Source: Eledone cirrhosa
Taxonomy: Eukaryota
Assembly: GCA_964016885.1 (NCBI GenBank)
Contig: OZ024753.1
Location: 17,050,001-17,114,000 of the forward strand
DNA: 64,000 nucleotides
Direction: 5' to 3'
Shown: one piece after another, positions 58,451 through 64,000 of the stretch
How positions within the stretch are numbered: the first letter of the stretch is position 1
Layout of the letters: the number at the start of each line of letters is the position of its first letter
The notes under the pieces: generated by a model
Databases searched by the model: none
Seen by the model: only the letters and a program-made list of their open reading frames with translations
Told to the model about the DNA's origin: nothing
Made by a program: the position numbers and the translations under genes

Positions 58451-58639
58451 ATATATATATATATATACCAAACTGTACTCGCCCTCCAAATCCAGCAAAT
58501 CAAACGTGAACCCTATATCCTCTCCAACTCAGCATGTGTAGCCGGAATCGCATAATACGTATTCTCTTCCCAGTGGTTAAGCTATATACCGTTTCGCTTG
58601 CTATGAACATAATAGAAGCTTAACTGTACCTATACATGC

Positions 58640-59860
58640 CTATATGCAGTTACTACAAATTGTTGAATTTCTGATACGTTTTAAAGATTTTACAGTCCCA
58701 TTAATGGACTGTAATTGCAACTCCCTAACTAGCCGTACTCTTTCTGATTCTGTGAAACCCAGCTTCTGTGAAACCCAGGTTTGTAATGAGGCAGTTCACA
58801 TATCACAGAGCCCAAATAATCACAGATATATATCTAAATATGTAGTCAGGGTAGAGTGTCAGCAGATTCCTCATTAGTTCAGCAGAAATATTCTCCTTTT
58901 CACAAATATCAAGCGTTATATTGACATCTACCAGACAAACACTGCTGAATATACCTTCTTTTCTCTGTTCCATATCACTATGTCTGGTCTCTAGCATTTC
59001 AATAGGCTTTTGGCTGGGACATTCGACCATATTTTAATATTCGGAATACGTATGCCCTCCATCATTGTAACTTTTAATATGTTTATTATCAGGTCTAACC
59101 TTTCTACAGATTGCATTGTATAGTGCTGTGGACTGTACATCAAGTCTCATACGTATATAGCATCATGTTGACATTTTTGGACAGCTGCTGATGTGGGTGA
59201 CATCCTTCATGTTGATTCCACAGTCAACATTTACATATTTTACCTGCTTCTCTATGCCTTTTGTGTACTAGGTATTTCATGTATGTATGTTTCTCTTTCT
59301 CTTAATTTCGACTACATTTTTGACCGGCCACCCTCCTGGTGGCAAGGTTGTAAAAGAAAAGAAATTGTCATCCCTCAAATCGCAAGAATGTTTTGCAATG
59401 TTGAAGGGGCCAGCTATCGCAGCCATTTGTAGACTATGAATTAGGGAGCTGCGCTATATCTCCACAAATCCAAGTTCAGTCATACTTTGGTCCAAGCGGG
59501 TTGGTATATAACCTGTAGCTCCAATAATTGTTTCTACCTTTGGCACAAGGCCAGCACTTATCCCAGTGTATTACTGGTACTTTATGTTATCGATCCCGTA
59601 ACGATGAAAGGCAAAGTTAACCTCGGCGGGATTTGAACTCAGATCATAAAGGACCGTAACTCTTTGCTACAAAGCATTACCTCAGACCCTCTACTGATAC
59701 TGCCAATTCACCGCCCCTAAGCTGTAGCTCCAATAATGATGGGTATAAAGCTGAAGGTGTATTTTGGATACTGGATCTGCAAACTCCACATCAATGGTCC
59801 GTAGATGTCCTCCTTCTCCTGTATTTTTCTCACTACTTTGACATCAAGTGGGCAGCTGAT
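58640..59860 (-). mobile_element. Highly decayed restriction-like-endonuclease LINE (R4/Dong-like), interrupted by a SINE
   Basis: Fragments HISSCPKMS, RPDIVIW, LVDV, EKE..AELMRNL..LYP..VIIWAL. Confidence 0.5.
59529..59721 (-). mobile_element. tRNA-derived SINE with 16-bp TSD
   Basis: TSD ctgtagctccaataat at 59513-59528 and 59722-59737. Confidence 0.9.
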
Positions 59861-60183
59861 CTACAACAGAGCGCGTTTTCAATGTGTGGCCCCAATGTAT
59901 GTATGTACTTGTGTGTATAAGTGTACATATGCAAATATGTATGTATGAATGTATGTATATGCATTTGCGTATGAATATGCTCTTACACACACACACATGT
60001 ATATATGATATGTATATACACACATATGCATATACAAACACATATATATATATATAAATATACAATGATATTAAATAAATGGAAAATCATTGTATATTAT
60101 ACTCCAGAAACCGGTCGAGTGCTCTGAATCAGTTATAAACATTTATATTTGTTGAATTACCAACAAATTGAATATCCCTCCTG

Positions 60184-60238
<55 letters not shown>

Positions 60239-60241
<3 letters not shown>

Positions 60242-60486
60242 AGTTTGTCCCGGGTTCAATCGGGGGTAACCACAGTAAGTAAAGTACTCAATACAAAGCA
60301 GAGTATAAATATTTAATATAGAAATGGCTTCAACAGGACTAGAACTGTTTCATTCGGGAGAAATTATCACCCCGAGTGAAACAGTTCTAGTCCTGTAGAA
60401 GCCATTTCTATATTAAATATTTATGCTCTGCTATGTATTGAGTACTTTACTTACTGTTGCTACCCCCGATTGAACCCGGGATAAAC

Positions 60487-60491
<5 letters not shown>
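60239..60491. mobile_element. Symmetric fold-back mini-element in (TA)n
   Basis: ~120-bp arms; GAAACAG..CTGTA hammerhead 3' half; tgctc/tactc...ttgagtac motif in both arms. Confidence 0.8.
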
Positions 60492-60528
<37 letters not shown>

Positions 60529-60666
60529 GGAAAAAAATAAACGATATATATATATATGGAGGCATGATACATGTATGTACGCATGTATGTATATATGGGT
60601 GTGTATAAATATGTGCGTCAGAATAGATACATATATATATATCGGCGAGCCTGACCTCATGTGCTT

Positions 60667-60950
60667 GTGTGTGTGTCTCTGCGTGGGTGTGTGTCTCTGT
60701 GTGTGTGTCTGTCTCTGCGTGTGTGTCTGTCTCTGTGTGTGTGTGTCTGTCTCTGCGTGTGTGTGTGTCTCTGTGTGTATGTCTGTCTCTGCGTGTGTGT
60801 GTGTGTCTGTCTCTGTGTGTGTGTGTCTGTCTCTGCGTGTGTGTGTGTCTCTGTGTGTGTGTCTGTCTCTGCGTGGGTGTGTGTCTCTGTGTGTGTGTCT
60901 GTCTCTGCGTGTGTGTCTGTCTCTGCGTGTGTGTGTGTGTCTGTGTGTAT
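60667..60950. repeat. (GT)n/(CT)n compound minisatellite
   Basis: Direct inspection. Confidence 0.9.
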
Positions 60951-62239
60951 GTATGTGTAATACTCAAGTTGTCGCTCGTTTTCCGAAGTATTTTGATATT
61001 TTAATCCACTTGAAAAAACGAAACAATAAGAACAATAAGAACAATAGAACTGAACTAGAGAGAGAGAGAGGGAGAGAGATAGAGAGGGGTGGGTGGGAGA
61101 GGGATAGAGAGAGGGGGAAGAGGTGGGAGTGAGAGTGGAGGAAGTGTGGGGGCGGGTGAGAGTGAGAAAGAGAAAGAGAGCGGGTGGAGGAGGGAGAGGA
61201 AGGGTGTTGCGGGTGGATGTGAATGTGGGAGTTAGGGTGGTGGTTAGTGAGGAAGCGAGGGTGGTGGTGAGGGAGATGAGGGTGAAGGTGGTGGTGGCAA
61301 GGGTGGAGGTGAGGGTGGTGGCAGGGGTGGAGACGAGGGTGAAGGTGGTGGCAAGGGTGGGGGTGAAGGTGGTGGTGAGGGTGGGGATGGTGAGAAGAGA
61401 TAAGTAGAAAGAATGATGGAAAGAAAAGGAAAGAGATGGCAGATGTAGATAGATAGGTAGATAGATAAAGAGAGAATCTCCCTGAGTGTTATTCCAAAGT
61501 GAAAAGGTTTACTTTTGTAAATAAAGTATAAAGAATTGAGAAAAAGTGAAAATATTTAAGTCTTTAAGTTTTTCGGTGGATTGGCAGTATCGGTAGAGGG
61601 TCGGACGCCATGCTTTCCAGCAAAGAGTTACGGCAAAGAGTTACTGGAAATTGATTGACATATATATATATATTTAAAATAAACACATGAAACAATCACA
61701 GGGATTAATTTGTAAAGTGTGTAATCACACACAGCTAGGTTGGTAACTAGTTAAAGTTTAACTAGATCTTCAAATATTACCTCTTAAATATATACACATA
61801 GAGAGAGAGAGAAACAAAAAAGGAAAAAAAAAAGATTTTTCTTCCTCATAATCGTCTCTTTCTCCCTATTTTAATATATATATATATAATATATATATAT
61901 ATGTATATGTATTTATATATATATATATATATATGTATATGTATTTATATATATATGTATATGTATTTATATATATATATGTATATGTATTTATGTATAT
62001 ATATATATATATATGTATTTATGTATATATATTTATGTATATATATTTATATATATATATATATATATAAATATATATATATATGTATGTATATGTGTAT
62101 ATATGTGTATATATATGTATATATGTGTATATATATGTATATATATATATGTATATATATGCATATATATGTATATATATATATGTATATATATGTATAT
62201 GCATATATATGTATATATATGTATATATATGTATGTATA

Positions 62240-63117
62240 TAACTTTGAATAACTTTGAAATGTTTTGGCCAGTATTGGCCCAGGCCATGTCTAACTTAAT
62301 AGCACCACCTGGCGAAGTCTTTCAATTCAGGATTTCGAGAAGAGAATTACTGTTTGCGGAGACATATCCGGGTGTGGGTGGTTTGTCCGGGATTACTTGG
62401 AGGAATTTGTCCAAAGACTTCTTGAATTTTGTGTGGTCAGTTTCTGTTTTGACGTGTCCTGGTGTGATGTTGAAGAGAGCAGGGCCGATTGAGGTGAAAT
62501 AATTGTGCCGTATTGTTGTTATGAGTTGCGATTTAGATTTTTGTATGGGACGGATAGCACGGGGCCCAAGCCTTGGGTGTATCTTGAAGGCGATGCCAAC
62601 ATCATTTGGGCAGTGATGATGGAACATTTTCCACATCATGCAGATAATATAACGCTCACGGCGACGTTGGAGTGAGTAAAGTTTCAGGTTTTCTAGTCGA
62701 CCCCAGTAGTCAAGGTCTGACATGCCATCTATCTTTTTCGTGATTGCCCTTTGAGGAGCTTCAAGTTTCATGATACTTTGTTTCGTGTGGGGAGACCACA
62801 GTGGACAACAGTATTCAAGGTGTGGTCGGGCAAAAGTAGAGAAGAGAAGGATAATGGTGTGGGAATCTCTCGACTGGAAGGTTCTGAGGATCCGGGAACA
62901 CATTCTGCGGGCCATGTCAACTTTGCTGCTTATATGCGTGGCCCAGCTTATGTTGCTGTCCACGGTTACTCCCAAGTCTCTGATGTTGTTAGATGCCACG
63001 AGAGTTTCCCCGGAGGGAAGGGAATACGGGAGTTTCAGAGCATCCTCTTTTCCAAAGTGGATCAGTTCGAATTTGTCTTCGTTCAGTAACATGTTGTTCT
63101 TTTCCGCCCATTGGGTA
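62240..63117 (-). mobile_element. 5'-truncated CR1/Jockey-group LINE copy in TA array
   Basis: Near-identical to 30987-31881; RPHLEY frame intact; 17-bp deletion near ORF end. Confidence 0.92.
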
Positions 63118-63376
63118 ATATATATATATGTATATATATATATGTATAGGTATATACATATATATGTATATACATATATATGTATATACATATATATATA
63201 TGTATATATATATGTATATACATATATATATGTATATATGTATATATGTATATACATATATGTATATACATATATATGTATATACATATATATATATGTA
63301 TATACATATATATACATATATATATATATGTATATATATGTATATACATATATATATATATATATGTATATATATG

Positions 63377-63412
<36 letters not shown>

Positions 63413-63482
63413 TGTATATACATATATATATATATATGTATATATATGTATATACATATATATGTATATACATATATATATG

Positions 63483-63518
<36 letters not shown>

Positions 63519-63593
63519 TGTATATACATATATATATGTATATATATGTATATATATGTATATACATATATATATGTATATATATGTATATAC

Positions 63594-63625
<32 letters not shown>

Positions 63626-63694
63626 GTATATACATATATGTATATATATGTATATATATATATATGTATATATGTATATATATGTATATATATG

Positions 63695-63725
<31 letters not shown>

Positions 63726-63794
63726 GAATATATATGTATATATATGTACTTATATGTATATACATATATATGTATATATATATATATATATATG

Positions 63795-63840
<46 letters not shown>

Positions 63841-64000
63841 CATATATGTATATATATGTATATACATATATATATATATATGTATATATATGTATATACA
63901 TATATATATATATATATGTATATATATGTATATACATATATGTATATATATGTATATACATATATGTATATATATGTATATACATATATGTATATATATG

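Overview
Eukaryotic, extremely microsatellite-rich intergenic or intronic DNA. The (TA)n/(CA)n/(ATGT)n load and the tRNA-derived SINE suggest a cephalopod such as Octopus (inference). No host protein-coding gene is supported; nearly all long ORFs are microsatellite artefacts. The real content is a retroelement hotspot. It holds a young Penelope-like element (PLE; RT plus C-terminal GIY-YIG) forming a ~7.5 kb near-perfect palindrome (35713-43217), a decayed Naiad-like PLE, a Tx1/L1-type LINE with a 21-bp TSD in (TATC)n, two CR1/Jockey-group LINE copies, RTE- and R4-like remnants, many SINEs, a non-autonomous Helitron and MITEs. The main signal is about 22 minimal type-I hammerhead ribozyme cores read by eye (about one per 3 kb). 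They belong to roughly 8-10 sequence-unrelated families, mostly inside short non-coding fold-back elements in (TA)n arrays. Many of these families also share a downstream (T)ACTC...GAGT(G/A)C hairpin motif that I do not recognise. Coordinates were counted by hand and may be off by a few bases.
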